From contig JWZX01003171.1 in the NCBI GenBank assembly GCA_001275005.1, positions 1 through 43,323 of the forward strand: a DNA stretch of 43,323 bases. The letters run 5' to 3'. This stretch comes from Chrysochromulina tobinii (Eukaryota). The position numbers and the translations under genes were made by a program. Below are positions 19,099 through 30,528 of this stretch, piece after piece; the first letter of the stretch is position 1, and each line of letters begins with the position of its first letter. The notes below the pieces were generated by a model. That model made no database searches, was not told where the DNA came from, and saw only the letters and a program-made list of their open reading frames with translations.

Positions 19099-21951
19099 AT
19101 GAACGCGCTGCGTGCTCGAGACGTGAAACAGTTGAAAGTCCCCTTTTTCAGATTTCCCCTGGCATTACACTCGTTTCCTCGTGAGAGACAAGGTTCGAAG
19201 TCCGGAGAGTGTGCGCGTTGTGTTGAACAGCAGCAGCAAGGTTCGAAAGGTTGTGCGCGTTGTGTTGAACAGCAGCAGCAGCAAGGTTCGAAACCGTCCG
19301 ACTCTCACGATGTCGAGTTCTCGCAAATAGAACGTACGCGCGCGCCGCGCGCCGCGCTCCCGCCTTGTTTGCAGGTAGAAGGCCTTCGAGCGAAGCTGAT
19401 GGCGAAGGAGCAGGAACTAATGCGCATGCGCCAGGCCATCTCCGAGCTGCGCCAGCTGCATGATGGCGAGCCCTTTGCGCCCTGGGCACGCACGTCATTC
19501 ATGCTCGCGCCAGAGGCCGCTCATGATCCGGCAGCGGCCGCGAGGTCACGGCAGCCATCGGTAGAAGACAACTCTGTCGCTGTCAAAGCCCCTGTGGCCA
19601 CTGTCCGGCTCACCAGGCCGTCCTCGAATAGGCCATCAATCGACGACGTCCGGCGATCCATCAACGACCACCCCTCCTCGATGCGTATTCACACGCAGTT
19701 GCGAGCAGCGAGTGCATCCAGGGAGCTGCCTCAAGAGGACAGGGCCCGCGCTCTACAAAAGGCACGCGAGGAACGGATTGCACGAGGCTCGACGCTCGTG
19801 ACAATCCTGTACGGTGGAACGAGGATCGTCGATGGCTCTCTCTCAAACCAGTACCTCGATGCCATCCACACGGCAGACGGTCTCTCCAGCGCCTTTGTGC
19901 CGGAGGAGAGCGAGCCCGACGACTTTCTGCCGCCGCATCAATCTGACCCGGGGTCGAACTTAGCACTGAGACCCGCGACCGCACCAGACCTGGCCTTGTC
20001 TTCGACTGCTTCGGCTTCAATGCCAAACCTCCACAGCGTTGCGCACGCTCCAACAAGGCCTGCAACCGCCTTGGCTTCATATTGGAGCACTCCGAGCCCG
20101 CCACATGCCAACGCAGCGAGCTGGCTGCCAACTAGTGTGCCAACCAGCTCTTCCAAGAAGCGAGTACCGCTGGCATTAGCAGCGAGCTCCCTTCGGGCCA
20201 ATGGTCAAGGCTGGCGCGGGATGGATATTGTTCCAATTGAGGTGCCAACCAGGGAGATGGCCATCCAGGGAAGTGGCACACCAGTGGCGCTGAAAAGGAG
20301 GGCGACCAGAAGAAAGCGCCAAGTCTCAGTGTCGATGCAGGCGGCGTTGAAAAAGATGCAGAGTGATGATATTGGGATGCCGCTGCTGCCAACGCCGCAC
20401 AAGCAATTGACGAAGGTGCAGCTGGAGCAGCAGGGGAGGATGCGCACAGCCTGGCGACTCTACAACTCTCGACAGACGGCGCGGGGCAATCACGCCAGCC
20501 GCGTCGGTGCGATGATCGATCGCCAGTCAACCAGCGCGCCACAGCTCCAGCTCGCCTACGATCACGCGTACTTCAACGTCTACTCCAGCCGTTATGTTGC
20601 TTCAGAGCCCCCGATGATTCTTCTGCGACGCAGAGCCACTGCGTCGCCGAAGCAACCAGAGCAGCCACCTAAAGTGGCACCCAAACCTGCGGAACAATCG
20701 CGCCAACAAAAATTCATCTGGCAGCCGCGCGCCGCGTTCGCCGACTCAAAGGACATCTTCGACACGGATGAGGTGGAGCTGAAGCGGTTCAACGTCGACT
20801 GGAAGCAGGCCTGCGAGCTCGGCCTTTCGAAGCTTATCGACAAGCTTGACGATGGCGGCGGCGTTGATGCCGACGGGGATGGCATCTCGGACGAGGTGGC
20901 GGAGACGAAGGCGGTGCTGTGGGACTACCACGACCGGATCGTGCAACTCTTCGAGTACTACGCGGCAGTCGGCGGCAGCCTCTCGTCCCTCGCCCTCAAC
21001 CAGTGGAGCGCGTTTATTGAGGACTTCAAGCTGGTGGTCGACGGCTCCAAGTTCTGCAAAAAGTCGGACATGGACACGCTCTTCATTGCCGTGAATGCAC
21101 GCTCTGTCAACTACGAGAAGGCCAAAGCAAAGGTGCAAGGCAAGGCCGTCACACACTCGGACGCCAAGGCTCTCAATCGAGTCGAGTTTCTATACTTGCT
21201 CGTTGAGGTCGCGATCAATCGGTGGGTGAAGCCGGGAGCTATCCGCGACATCTCGATGGCAGTGCGGCAGCTCTTCGCCGAGTTGATCGAGCCGCGCGTC
21301 GACAAGAGGATCTTTCGAGACTACAATGACTTCCGCAAGCTCGCGTATGAGTCGACCGTGAATGACGTGTTGTGCAAGTACGAGAGCTCGCTGCGCAACG
21401 TGTTTTCAGTGGCCTCGGGCACGGAATTTGGACACAAAAACTTGCTCAGCCTCGCAGAGTGGTCAGAGTTCATCAGGGCGCTCGGATTCATCGGAGTGGA
21501 CGTTTCCGAGCGGGACGTTACGCTGAGCTTCGTGATGAGCCGCATGGCCGTGATCGACGCACGCATGACGAAGGGCGAAACCAAAGAAAACCACCTGCCG
21601 TTCGAGGGATTCATGGAGGCGATTTGCAGGCTGAGCTTGGTCAAGGCGTTACCAACTGACGAGGAGCTCTCGAAGGCGAAGTGCTCCGACGGGGGAATGT
21701 TTCTGCTCATGCTCATGAAGAAAGAGTTGGACGAGGAGATCCTGGACGAGTTTGTCGATTTCAAGAGCACACATGCAGTTGCTTGGGGCGGCGAGCCTAT
21801 GCAGCCCCTCGCCCGCTGCGTGGAGCATATGGTCACAAGTATCATCAGGACCATCATTGACGAGGTGTCCAGTGCAAGCGGCAGTGTGGTCCTGCATCTC
21901 AGCATAAGAGATGCCCGTGCCTGGGCCAAGGTCAAGCTCGGCGAGGATTGA
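19099..21951 (+). CDS. Uncharacterised protein: disordered N-terminal half, C-terminal helical EF-hand-like region; true start probably downstream (e.g. ATG 19399)
   Basis: 950-aa ORF. The C-terminal part (LNRVEFLYLL, LSLAEWSEFI, FEGFMEAICRL) looks like degenerate EF-hands. The first ~100 codons overlap a promoter-like repeat. Confidence 0.65.
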   Translation: MNALRARDVKQLKVPFFRFPLALHSFPRERQGSKSGECARCVEQQQQGSKGCARCVEQQQQQGSKPSDSHDVEFSQIERTRAPRAALPPCLQVEGLRAKLMAKEQELMRMRQAISELRQLHDGEPFAPWARTSFMLAPEAAHDPAAAARSRQPSVEDNSVAVKAPVATVRLTRPSSNRPSIDDVRRSINDHPSSMRIHTQLRAASASRELPQEDRARALQKAREERIARGSTLVTILYGGTRIVDGSLSNQYLDAIHTADGLSSAFVPEESEPDDFLPPHQSDPGSNLALRPATAPDLALSSTASASMPNLHSVAHAPTRPATALASYWSTPSPPHANAASWLPTSVPTSSSKKRVPLALAASSLRANGQGWRGMDIVPIEVPTREMAIQGSGTPVALKRRATRRKRQVSVSMQAALKKMQSDDIGMPLLPTPHKQLTKVQLEQQGRMRTAWRLYNSRQTARGNHASRVGAMIDRQSTSAPQLQLAYDHAYFNVYSSRYVASEPPMILLRRRATASPKQPEQPPKVAPKPAEQSRQQKFIWQPRAAFADSKDIFDTDEVELKRFNVDWKQACELGLSKLIDKLDDGGGVDADGDGISDEVAETKAVLWDYHDRIVQLFEYYAAVGGSLSSLALNQWSAFIEDFKLVVDGSKFCKKSDMDTLFIAVNARSVNYEKAKAKVQGKAVTHSDAKALNRVEFLYLLVEVAINRWVKPGAIRDISMAVRQLFAELIEPRVDKRIFRDYNDFRKLAYESTVNDVLCKYESSLRNVFSVASGTEFGHKNLLSLAEWSEFIRALGFIGVDVSERDVTLSFVMSRMAVIDARMTKGETKENHLPFEGFMEAICRLSLVKALPTDEELSKAKCSDGGMFLLMLMKKELDEEILDEFVDFKSTHAVAWGGEPMQPLARCVEHMVTSIIRTIIDEVSSASGSVVLHLSIRDARAWAKVKLGED

Positions 21952-22613
21952 TATTTTGAGATACGCGACGTGGCAATGAGGCGCGGTATACATTTAGACA
22001 CTTCATGATCTATGTAAATGTTGGTGCTTGGCATGTCGTGGAATTTACTTTGCTAGGACCCCTTCTCGTTAGAAGACACACACAAGACTCATGGCCATGC
22101 GTTAACAGCGCCCCAGCGCTTCCCCAGGTCGCCAGCAGAGTGTTTGTGACACGCAACAACGGAAAGGAGACTCTCGCGTATGTCAAAGCGTACGATGCCG
22201 TGCAGCAAATCTACACGGTGGAGCTCGAACAGCTTGACTCTAAGAAGTTCAAGAAGTGCGACGAAACATCTCTGCGAGAGGCCAACATGCTCGAGGGGAT
22301 GATCTATAGCATCTCTGCACGCGCCAACCCTGCACGCGTCGACGATGACTTCTTCTTGGGTCATACAATCGGGTACTGTAGGAACGGGTCGGATAGATTT
22401 CGGTAAGTCAGTCTGGTCAGCGCGCTCCACGCCGCGCGCGCCCCAATTTCCTTTTAGGGGTCCGGAGATCGCGCGCGTTGTGTTAAACAGCAGCAGCAGC
22501 AGCTTTCCTTTTTGGGAAAGTGACAAGTCACAAGTGCGGTGTGAGGGGCCGTCGTTTTACTTCTCCTGGAGAATGCACGTTGTGCCCGTCGTGTCGCACG
22601 CCCGCGGGACTGC

Positions 22614-25600
22614 ATGGGTGCCGGATGGTCCGCACGGGTGGGCCCCGTCGAACAGGCTGTGGACGCCAAGAATTCATCATCGACAATTGCGTTCCCGATC
22701 AAGCTCTTCAAGGACAGCTCCCCGATAGGGATCTTGCTTCAGGGCAATTCTTACGAGCCTCCCACCATTATCGGCGTGTCGGAGGACTCGCCAGCCGTGC
22801 GAGCGCGACCTCGGCTAGCCGTGGGCATGCGCATCTTGTCCATTAACGGAATAGCAGTGAACGGTCCGTACGAGGCCAGCCAACTCCTGAGAGCTGCAGT
22901 TGGCATTGTCGAGCTGGAGGTGGAGGGAGAAGAAAGCCTTGTTAAAGGCGCGGACATTGATTGGTTCCCCATCTTCAAGATGGTCGAGCTGCGCAAAAGG
23001 GCCGTTGCACGACTGGAAGAGAAGAGCGATCGATTCGCACGGCTGCGAAAGCAGGCCGAAACCGGCATACCGGTAGCACCCCGCGAGCCCACAATATTCC
23101 AAGTGGTGCTTCGCAACCCACAGGGCGCGAAATCGCTTGGACTGGTTCTCGGAGGCAAGGCAGCAGAGGCGCCCAGGATTGTTCAGGTGACCGAGAACAG
23201 CATCATCTCGCGCGCTGAGCCCCGGCTGCTTCCGCGCATGCGTATTCTCGAGGTAAATGGCCGACCGGCTGTCGGCGCTGGCCCAACGAATATGGAAGCG
23301 CTCGAGGCGTCCATCGCAAACGGCGAGGTGCGCCTGACAATCGAGGATCCTGAGCGGAGGGTTCCATCGAGCACGCCAAATGTGTCGTCCGTCGAGGCTG
23401 GCTTCGAGGCCCTGCTCCGAGCTCGAGAGTCGAAGCGGCGAGTCACAAGCTCAAAGCTTCGTGTCAGGAAGAAGAGAAGAAGCAGCGAAGAGGACATCCC
23501 GAAGCCTGCAGTCGAGTCGTCAGCCGAATCGGCAAGCGTGTCGTCAGCCGAACCGGCACGCGTATCGTCAGTCGAGGAGGTCGACTTCGAGGCCCATCTC
23601 CGACTTCAAAAAATGAAGCGGCGGAAATCTGTGACGTTGTCGAAAAAGGAAAACAGAACGTTGGCCGACGCCGTTGTCGAGGCGTTGCAGGGTGCTTCGG
23701 CTTGTGCTGATGGCATTGACGGCGACGACGACGACTTCATGGATTGGACCCTAGATGCATGGCTGGACGCCCTCCAGCCGCACCGCGTGCTGTCTTCTGG
23801 CTTGCAGGCTCTGCTCCAAGAAGAGGTGCAGAAGCTGAGCCGCCCCTTGACCCCCGGTCTCGAGTATCACTTTGTCACGGCTCTCGGCGCGATGCCCGCC
23901 GAGCGTGCGATGAAGCTGCTCGTCTCACTCATCGGCCATAAGACGGTGATACAAGCAATTGCTGAACTGTTGCTCAACGGTGCAGGCGTGGTTGCACGCG
24001 CCAAGCCGCACACCGCAGCACATGTTGTACGCATCCCTAATGTTGATGACGTGTCTTCTGGCAAACATGGACACGCCTTTGACAACGTTGATCGCATCGA
24101 CGGCAAAGACGAAGACCCCGATTCCAAGCCCCTACGTCCGCCACTGATGGCGACGATCGATCGTGAGTTGCTCAGGCTTGTGTTCGACAAGTTCGACGCC
24201 AATGCATCGGGGCGTGTGTCCACGGCGGAGATGTCAGCAATGCTCACGGAGATCGATGCCAAAAAGACACCGGAGGAAATCGCAAAGATGATGTCAGATG
24301 CTGACCGTGATGATGATGGTGAGATTAATTTTGAGGAGTTTGTTGCAGTTGTGCAGAAGCAGACGGCGAGCGGCGGCGATTTCGCCAATGTCTTCATAAA
24401 CGCACCAGGATTTTTCGGCTTTCTCAATCGGAACACGAAGCTCGATGAGGCTAAAGAACGCGTCGAGTTGGCGGCCAAGGAGGCGGCTATACGGGTAGCT
24501 CAAGAGACGGCTGACTTTGCCGCGGCCGCCTCCGCGGCCGCGGCCTCTTCAGCCGCCGATGGGGCTATCGCACGCGCCGAGCGGGACGCCAAGGAGGTGA
24601 CTCAAAGGGCCATCCAAGAGGCGGCTGAATTAGCTGCGGCCGCCGCTGCGGCCGTCGCCGAAAATCAGAAACAGATGGACAGTTTCGCGGCCGAGAGAGA
24701 TGCCATGAACGAAAAAGTCGCCAAACTCGAGGCGGCAGCTGAAGCACAGGCTGCCCAGGTTGCCCAGGCTACCCAGGCTGCGCTGGCTAAACTTTCTGAA
24801 GAAGTGGCAGCTGCCAAGAAACGTGTTGAAGAAGCGGCTACTCAGCAGAAACGTGCTGAAGTGAGCGCCGCTGCCGCCGCCGCCGCCGCCGCCGCCGCAG
24901 AGGCGCAGCACAATGCGGACGCCGCACAGAAGTCGCGAGAGCTCGAGGAGCAGGCGGCCACCTTGAAGGCGGAGGCGGAGAAACAAAAGCAGGTGCTCAG
25001 GAAGCAGCAGCAAAAGCTCGAAGAGCAGATGCTTGCCGTGCAGGCGGAGAAGGAGCGAAGAGAGCGCGAGGCAAAGGAGGAGTCGGAGCGCAAGGAGGCG
25101 GAGGCCAAGGCCAAGTTGCTCAAGCTCGAAAAAGAGAAAGAGCGCGAGAGGCGGCGGCTCGCGGAGGAGCTCTACAAGACGCAGGAGCAGCTGCTGCAGG
25201 CCAATCTGACCTTGAACAAGGACGGGGTGCCGGTGATCCTTGACCGTTACATCGAGAATAACCCGGCAGGCTTCGAACTCAAGTACGGCACACTCGATGA
25301 CTTTCGCGGAGGTCTCAAGGTGCTTTTGGGCGCGGACGTACCGCCGCCCGATCAGGTCTTGTCCGGCATGGAGGCGGAGCACACCAAGCGCTTGGACAGC
25401 GATACGCCGTTCGAGGTGTACAATTACGGCACTGTCACCACGAGCCGCTATGAGTTCTACTTTGTAATAGATCCCAGCGGCACCCGACTCAATAGCCTGG
25501 GAATCGATCAGTGGCCAGTCGACACGAAGCTCAAGGCTGCTGGTCGACCGTGCCGCCAGGCCAATTCTGTACGATCCTTTCGAGAGGTGCGCGCCAACAT

Positions 25601-27089
25601 AAATACGCAGCTTGAAGAGGCTGGCTCCTCACCACTGAATCTCGAGGAATTCTGTGCTGCTCGACTCTACACGGGCCCTCTGTACATGAAGTACAATGGC
25701 TGCCTTCGAGGCATCCTACCGGACTCGCCGCAATTCTTTCAGATCGCCTACGAGCGCCTTTGCCAGGGCAACAGCTATGCCGCAACCATCCACACAATCA
25801 ACCTGGCCCTCGTCAAACTGAGCATGCTGCAGAAGGTGCAGAAGGTGTACCGCGGCCTCGCTGGCAAGCTGCCCAAGCCCTTCCGCGTCGAGGACAAGTA
25901 TTGTGCGCGCGGGGGCGTCGAGCTGGGTTTCATGAGTACCACGACGAACCAGCACGTTGCCGAGGAATATGCGTCGTCCGCGCCGGGCTCTCTGCTGCTC
26001 GAGATTGAGCAAGGGCTTCTGGACCGAGGTGCCGAGATTGCGTGGCTCAGTGAGTACCCTGGCGAGGCGGAGGTGTGTTTTCCTCCTCTGACAGCCCTCG
26101 GCGTGCGTACGACCAAGGTGAAGGGCGCCCTCCTGGTCGTGAGCTGCAGTACATCGATCTGCTCACGGCCAGCTCTGCGTGACAAGAACGAACGCTTGCC
26201 TCAAGAGCTGGTGAGATTGACGGAAATGGCACTCGCTGCTGTTGGCGACACAGTAGCCGGAGCGGTGAAGTACTTGACCGGGTGCCCTGCTACCGTGCAG
26301 CACACGCCTCTTGGCAACAAAAAAGCATTCCTACCGCCTGTCCTACAGGCTGGCATCTCGAGGGTGGCGCTAGTGCCCAAGGAGACGCGGACCAGGGACG
26401 CTATTCTCGACGTGTGCCTTGACATCGACCTGGTCAATGCAGGCGATACCAAGAGCGAACGCGAGGCGGTAGTCGCACAGCTTTCCGACGTGCTCAGTGT
26501 GGCGACGGAGATCATCGACGGGCTCGCGCACGCCGAGCTGGCCATCAATCCGGATGAGGAGCAGGCGGAGGCCGAGTACTGGGCGCGGCTGTTCTTCGAT
26601 CGTCTATTTCCTATTGTGGACGCCGACATGCGGGCCATGGTCAATGTCGAGAAGTTGGCCGAAATTAAAAGGTACAGACAGCCTCCAGAAGCCGTTGCAA
26701 AGATCTTGACGGCTGCCGTGATCCTGCTCGAAGGAGCCCCCGGCCGCGGAGCGCTTCCAAAATTGAATCATGACGCGCTGTCCAGCTGGACGGGGACCGG
26801 AGGGCTCCGAAACGCGCTTGATGCCCATGCCATCCTCAAGGCGCTCTCCGATTTTGACCTTACCGCCGTCTCGACAGCGCGCTGGAAGAAGGTCAAGAAT
26901 GCGCTCGGTGACGTTACGACGCGCGAGGCGATGATGAGCTCGGCGCCGCTCGCTGCTCTCTTCCGCTGGATGAAGATGCAGGGGCTGCGCGCCGAGAGGG
27001 TCAAAACCACGAAGAAAGAAGCAAATGCGGCGGCCGATATGGCGGCGGCCATTGCGGCGAAGCCCGATCCGGATGAAGACTTCACTTAG
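22614..27089 (+). CDS. PDZ-PDZ / EF-hand pair / coiled coil / R-S-E mono-ADP-ribosyltransferase / dynein-stalk-like domain protein
   Basis: PDZ: IGILL..SPA..LAVGMRILSING and LGLVL..RILEVNG. EF loops DANASGRVSTAE and DRDDDGEINFEE. ART motifs RLYTGP, VYRG (Arg 25851), FMSTT (Ser 25935) and EAE (26064-26072). Tail LAEIKRYRQPPEAV..AVILL..W..SSAPLAALFRWM. Confidence 0.8.
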   Translation: MGAGWSARVGPVEQAVDAKNSSSTIAFPIKLFKDSSPIGILLQGNSYEPPTIIGVSEDSPAVRARPRLAVGMRILSINGIAVNGPYEASQLLRAAVGIVELEVEGEESLVKGADIDWFPIFKMVELRKRAVARLEEKSDRFARLRKQAETGIPVAPREPTIFQVVLRNPQGAKSLGLVLGGKAAEAPRIVQVTENSIISRAEPRLLPRMRILEVNGRPAVGAGPTNMEALEASIANGEVRLTIEDPERRVPSSTPNVSSVEAGFEALLRARESKRRVTSSKLRVRKKRRSSEEDIPKPAVESSAESASVSSAEPARVSSVEEVDFEAHLRLQKMKRRKSVTLSKKENRTLADAVVEALQGASACADGIDGDDDDFMDWTLDAWLDALQPHRVLSSGLQALLQEEVQKLSRPLTPGLEYHFVTALGAMPAERAMKLLVSLIGHKTVIQAIAELLLNGAGVVARAKPHTAAHVVRIPNVDDVSSGKHGHAFDNVDRIDGKDEDPDSKPLRPPLMATIDRELLRLVFDKFDANASGRVSTAEMSAMLTEIDAKKTPEEIAKMMSDADRDDDGEINFEEFVAVVQKQTASGGDFANVFINAPGFFGFLNRNTKLDEAKERVELAAKEAAIRVAQETADFAAAASAAAASSAADGAIARAERDAKEVTQRAIQEAAELAAAAAAAVAENQKQMDSFAAERDAMNEKVAKLEAAAEAQAAQVAQATQAALAKLSEEVAAAKKRVEEAATQQKRAEVSAAAAAAAAAAAEAQHNADAAQKSRELEEQAATLKAEAEKQKQVLRKQQQKLEEQMLAVQAEKERREREAKEESERKEAEAKAKLLKLEKEKERERRRLAEELYKTQEQLLQANLTLNKDGVPVILDRYIENNPAGFELKYGTLDDFRGGLKVLLGADVPPPDQVLSGMEAEHTKRLDSDTPFEVYNYGTVTTSRYEFYFVIDPSGTRLNSLGIDQWPVDTKLKAAGRPCRQANSVRSFREVRANINTQLEEAGSSPLNLEEFCAARLYTGPLYMKYNGCLRGILPDSPQFFQIAYERLCQGNSYAATIHTINLALVKLSMLQKVQKVYRGLAGKLPKPFRVEDKYCARGGVELGFMSTTTNQHVAEEYASSAPGSLLLEIEQGLLDRGAEIAWLSEYPGEAEVCFPPLTALGVRTTKVKGALLVVSCSTSICSRPALRDKNERLPQELVRLTEMALAAVGDTVAGAVKYLTGCPATVQHTPLGNKKAFLPPVLQAGISRVALVPKETRTRDAILDVCLDIDLVNAGDTKSEREAVVAQLSDVLSVATEIIDGLAHAELAINPDEEQAEAEYWARLFFDRLFPIVDADMRAMVNVEKLAEIKRYRQPPEAVAKILTAAVILLEGAPGRGALPKLNHDALSSWTGTGGLRNALDAHAILKALSDFDLTAVSTARWKKVKNALGDVTTREAMMSSAPLAALFRWMKMQGLRAERVKTTKKEANAAADMAAAIAAKPDPDEDFT

Positions 27090-27533
27090 TAACCTCAGTC
27101 CGCTACGTGACGGAAGACGAGGGGAGAGCACAACAAGAGCCGAGCCCGTCCGAGCACGAGCATGAAAGCGCGAGCATGATGTCACGTGAATCATGATGCG
27201 TGCATACGTGATACCTCGACGGGGATGGTTCACGTCTCGTCTTGACATCTTGTGCAGGGGTGGAGAGAGAGGCAGCAGAAAGATTTACCGACCGGTAAGC
27301 GGTATGCCCGCGTTAGCCCCTAGTGGCACGACGATCTCTTCACATATCACGACCGTTGTATTTGACGATTACACACGCGCGAATAGGTCGGCACCTCGTC
27401 GTCGTGCAGTCCCACCGCCCACGCGCGCATCTCCGCCTATAAAGCGGCGCGTCCGCGCACGGCTGCACCGTGTACGTGCAAGTCGTGGAGCCGTGGTACA
27501 TGTACCCGATGCGGAGGGGAGCCATAGTCGCGC

Positions 27534-29179
27534 TCACCCGCTTCGGCGTGGCTGCTTCCGCTCCGGCCCTGCGCCGTCGCGGCCGTCAGCCAACCCCTCA
27601 TCGTTCGCCGTGGCGCGCTTGGGAGCAAAGAAGGCACCGATGCCTCTGGCGGCGGCCTTGGGGGCACGTGGCAACGGTTCCCCTGCGAGTGCATGCACGA
27701 GCTGCTTGAGCTTGCGCGCGTTGTGAGGCATCGCCGCATTCTGATCGCAGTTGAGGAAGAATACGTACGTGCGGACGGCGCGCTGCCGGTAGCCGTGAAG
27801 CGCCGTCGCGAGCGTCGCCAGCTCACCGTCCGAGTACGTGTACGTGTGCTCGTCATTGTCGCCATGCAGGCGCACATACGCCCAGTCACATGTGAGAGGC
27901 CACTCGGCGCCACGAAGTGGCTCGAGCTCATAGCGCTTGCCGTTGAGATCACCGGACTTGTCAACCGTCGTGGAGCGGTCGAGCGTGTTGGGATGCTCAA
28001 CCAAGCACCAGCGCAGCTCATGCAGCAGCTCGAGCACTCCGTTCGTCGCAAAGGCGAACCACGAGCGGTGACGAACCTCAAAGGCTATGCGGGCATTTGG
28101 GATGGGACTGGCCGCGATGACCTCCGCCAGCGCGCGCACAAGACCAAGGTCGCACGTGATCGAGCGTGGGAACTGGAATAAGATAGGGCCGAGGGCCTCG
28201 CCGAGCCCGGCAGCACGGGCCAAAAAGGTGGCGAGCTCGCGCCGCGCCTCGTCACAGCCCGGCTGCCCGTCGCGCCGGTGCGTCACTGTGGCAACCATCT
28301 TGAGGCAGAGAGCAAAGCCTGGGGCCGCGCGTGACCGCCACAGCGCGATCGAAGTCTCCGAAGGCATTGCATGGTTGGTCCCATTCACCTGCAGTCCGCG
28401 GCACTCGGAGACACCATCAGTCGCACTCGCTCTCCGTCTCACTCGGTAGCAAACCGGTGGGCGCGGCGCACCTCACACACATCGAAATACTCTTGAAGAA
28501 AATCAAGCGCGGTCGAGGCTGGCTTCCCCTTGGCGCCCGGGGGGAAGAAGGCGCCAGCCCAGCTGGCGGTGACGTCAGCAAAGCCCGCCGTGCCCACGTG
28601 GATGGTGCCGCACTTCGCATGCGGCTCAGCGGCGGCCGGAACTGCGATGGAAGTGCTCGAGGTGCTCGAGGGAGCGGCAGCGGAAGTGGCGGCGGCAGGA
28701 AGCGTGGACCAGGGCGCGCTGGGTGTTGAAAGCGCAGACGATGGCGCGATGGATGGCGCGGGCGGCGCAGTTGGCAGCGGTGACGAGCCGGCGCTCGTCG
28801 AGATCGTCGTCATCGGCGAGATGAGCTGCTGCCGGCCTTCGTCACGGAGGACGTCGGCGGCGCTGCGGAAGCCAGAGGCGGGTGGCGTGTTGCTGGCTAC
28901 GGAGAGCGGCGTGGCATGAGAGGCAGCAAGTGAAAACGGAGTGACAGCAGCTGCTTTGGAAGGAGCTGCTGCGGGAGCCGTAGCAGGAGCTGGGGCAGCA
29001 GGAAGAACAGCGGCCGCGGCAGCCGCAGGCTCTGCGCCCATCAGCGTGGCACCGTCGAAGTAATGGTTGGCCGCTGTTTCGACGTCCATGCCCGCTCCAC
29101 GGAGGAGCGCCTCAAGGTCAGTCCGGCTTACAGACTCGCCCACGATTGAGCGGAGCCCTGCGATCGCGTCGGGATCCAT
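27534..29179 (-). CDS. DUF72 (YecE-like TIM barrel) protein with N-terminal UBA/CUE-like domain; intron 28471-28389
   Basis: IHVGTAGF..W...FFP, FDVCE-VNGT, LGPILFQFP, AFEVRHRSW, YVRLHG, YSDGEL and YVFF.N are DUF72 motifs. N-terminal LLRGAGMDVETAANHYFD is UBA-like. Confidence 0.85.
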
Positions 29180-29491
29180 CCTTTTGCCGCGAACTGTGAA
29201 AAAGGTGTGAAACGCATGCGCAGTTTGTGAAGTCAGGCAGTTGACTCGTGTGAACACTTGGTTTTCTCACGTACAGCCAGGTTGTCGTGAAAGTAACGCG
29301 TAGTGCGAACAAAGCCGGCTCAGGGTCGAGTGTGGCGCGCCCCCAAAATACGTTTGCAGGCCCAAGAAATCCTCTAGGCAGAGAATTTCTTTTTCGACAG
29401 AGTCAATCAACCGGTGCCGGGGGGCATCGGTGCGTACAGTACAGCGTACACACACCACACAGCTCGCTGATCCGATACACGAAATTCGAAA

Positions 29492-29905
29492 TCAAACGTC
29501 TCGTGAATCAATTGAGCACACAGGCGCGACCGCCCTCGCCGCTGTCGGTACGACCTGCCCGCTCAGCGCAGCATTGTCGGCAGGCCCCCTCGGCAGTGGC
29601 TCAATGGGCTTCCTCATCAGCCGCCGGCTAACCGTTTCTAGTTCGAGAGACCAGCGCTTACGTACAATTTCACGGCCGAGAGTGATCCCGGCCGTTTCGT
29701 ATCCCAGGCGCTGGCACAAGTGACGCACGCAGCAGTCAGCGCGATAGGCAGTGCGACAGTCAGAGTGACAGGACATAATGGGACATCTGAGGCACTCAAT
29801 GGCAGTCAGGGGCATCGTCATACCTGGTAGAAGTCAAATGCGCCGGTGTTACTCATCGACACCTCGAGCCAAACGCAGGGACTCTCCCTGCTGCTGCTGC
29901 CGCTG

Positions 29906-29938
<33 letters not shown>

Positions 29939-30528
29939 CTGCTGCACTGCTCCTTCCAGGCGCGGCTGCTCTGCGTCCAGCTCGCCGCCTCCGCTTCGCA
30001 TGCTGCCACCAGCCGCTGCCCGATGCCACTGCGCCGCTGCGACGCGTCGACGGCGAGGTTTGACAAGTACGGTCGCAGCTCGTGCGAATTCGAGGCCACA
30101 ACGCGTGAGTCACCCTCAGGCCGCTTCGGGAGGCTGAAGCTATCCTTCTGGCGGTCGTACAACGAGAGCCCCACGTCGGCAAAGCCGAGTAGCGCGCCCG
30201 TGGCCTCAACTTGAGCCACGTAGACTGCTCCGACGTGCGTGAGCTCGCGGCAGCGCGCCTCTTCGTAGTAGCGCAAGCGCGCTGCCAGATCGAGGAGCAC
30301 GTCCGATTCGATGATGCCGCGCTGTACGTACATCGCTGGGCCGTGCGTCCAGCTGTGCTCGCCGTAGAAGGCCTCCACCGCGAGCTGTGATAGACGCCTG
30401 CATGTGAGATAATCGCCCGGCTCGGCTCGCATGATGCGAATCCCATCGCTGCTGGGTGCTGAGACGAATCCTGTGGTTAGGCTTCTGCTTGGCACCAGGT
30501 GGAGGGTCCAGAGAAGAAGGAAAACCAT
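29492..30528 (-). CDS. GNAT N-acetyltransferase with probable signal/plastid-targeting presequence; intron 29823-29711
   Basis: YLSNLAVDASQRRSGIGQRLV (acetyl-CoA motif A) and WLEV..SNTGAFDFYQ-RLGY after splicing; hydrophobic N-terminus MVFLLLWTLHLV. Confidence 0.85.

Noticed and set aside
22005..22406. 133-aa ORF with an SH3/Tudor-like stretch
   Set aside because: Only the middle looks protein-like, and no convincing start or exon partner was found. It may be a gene fragment but cannot be supported.
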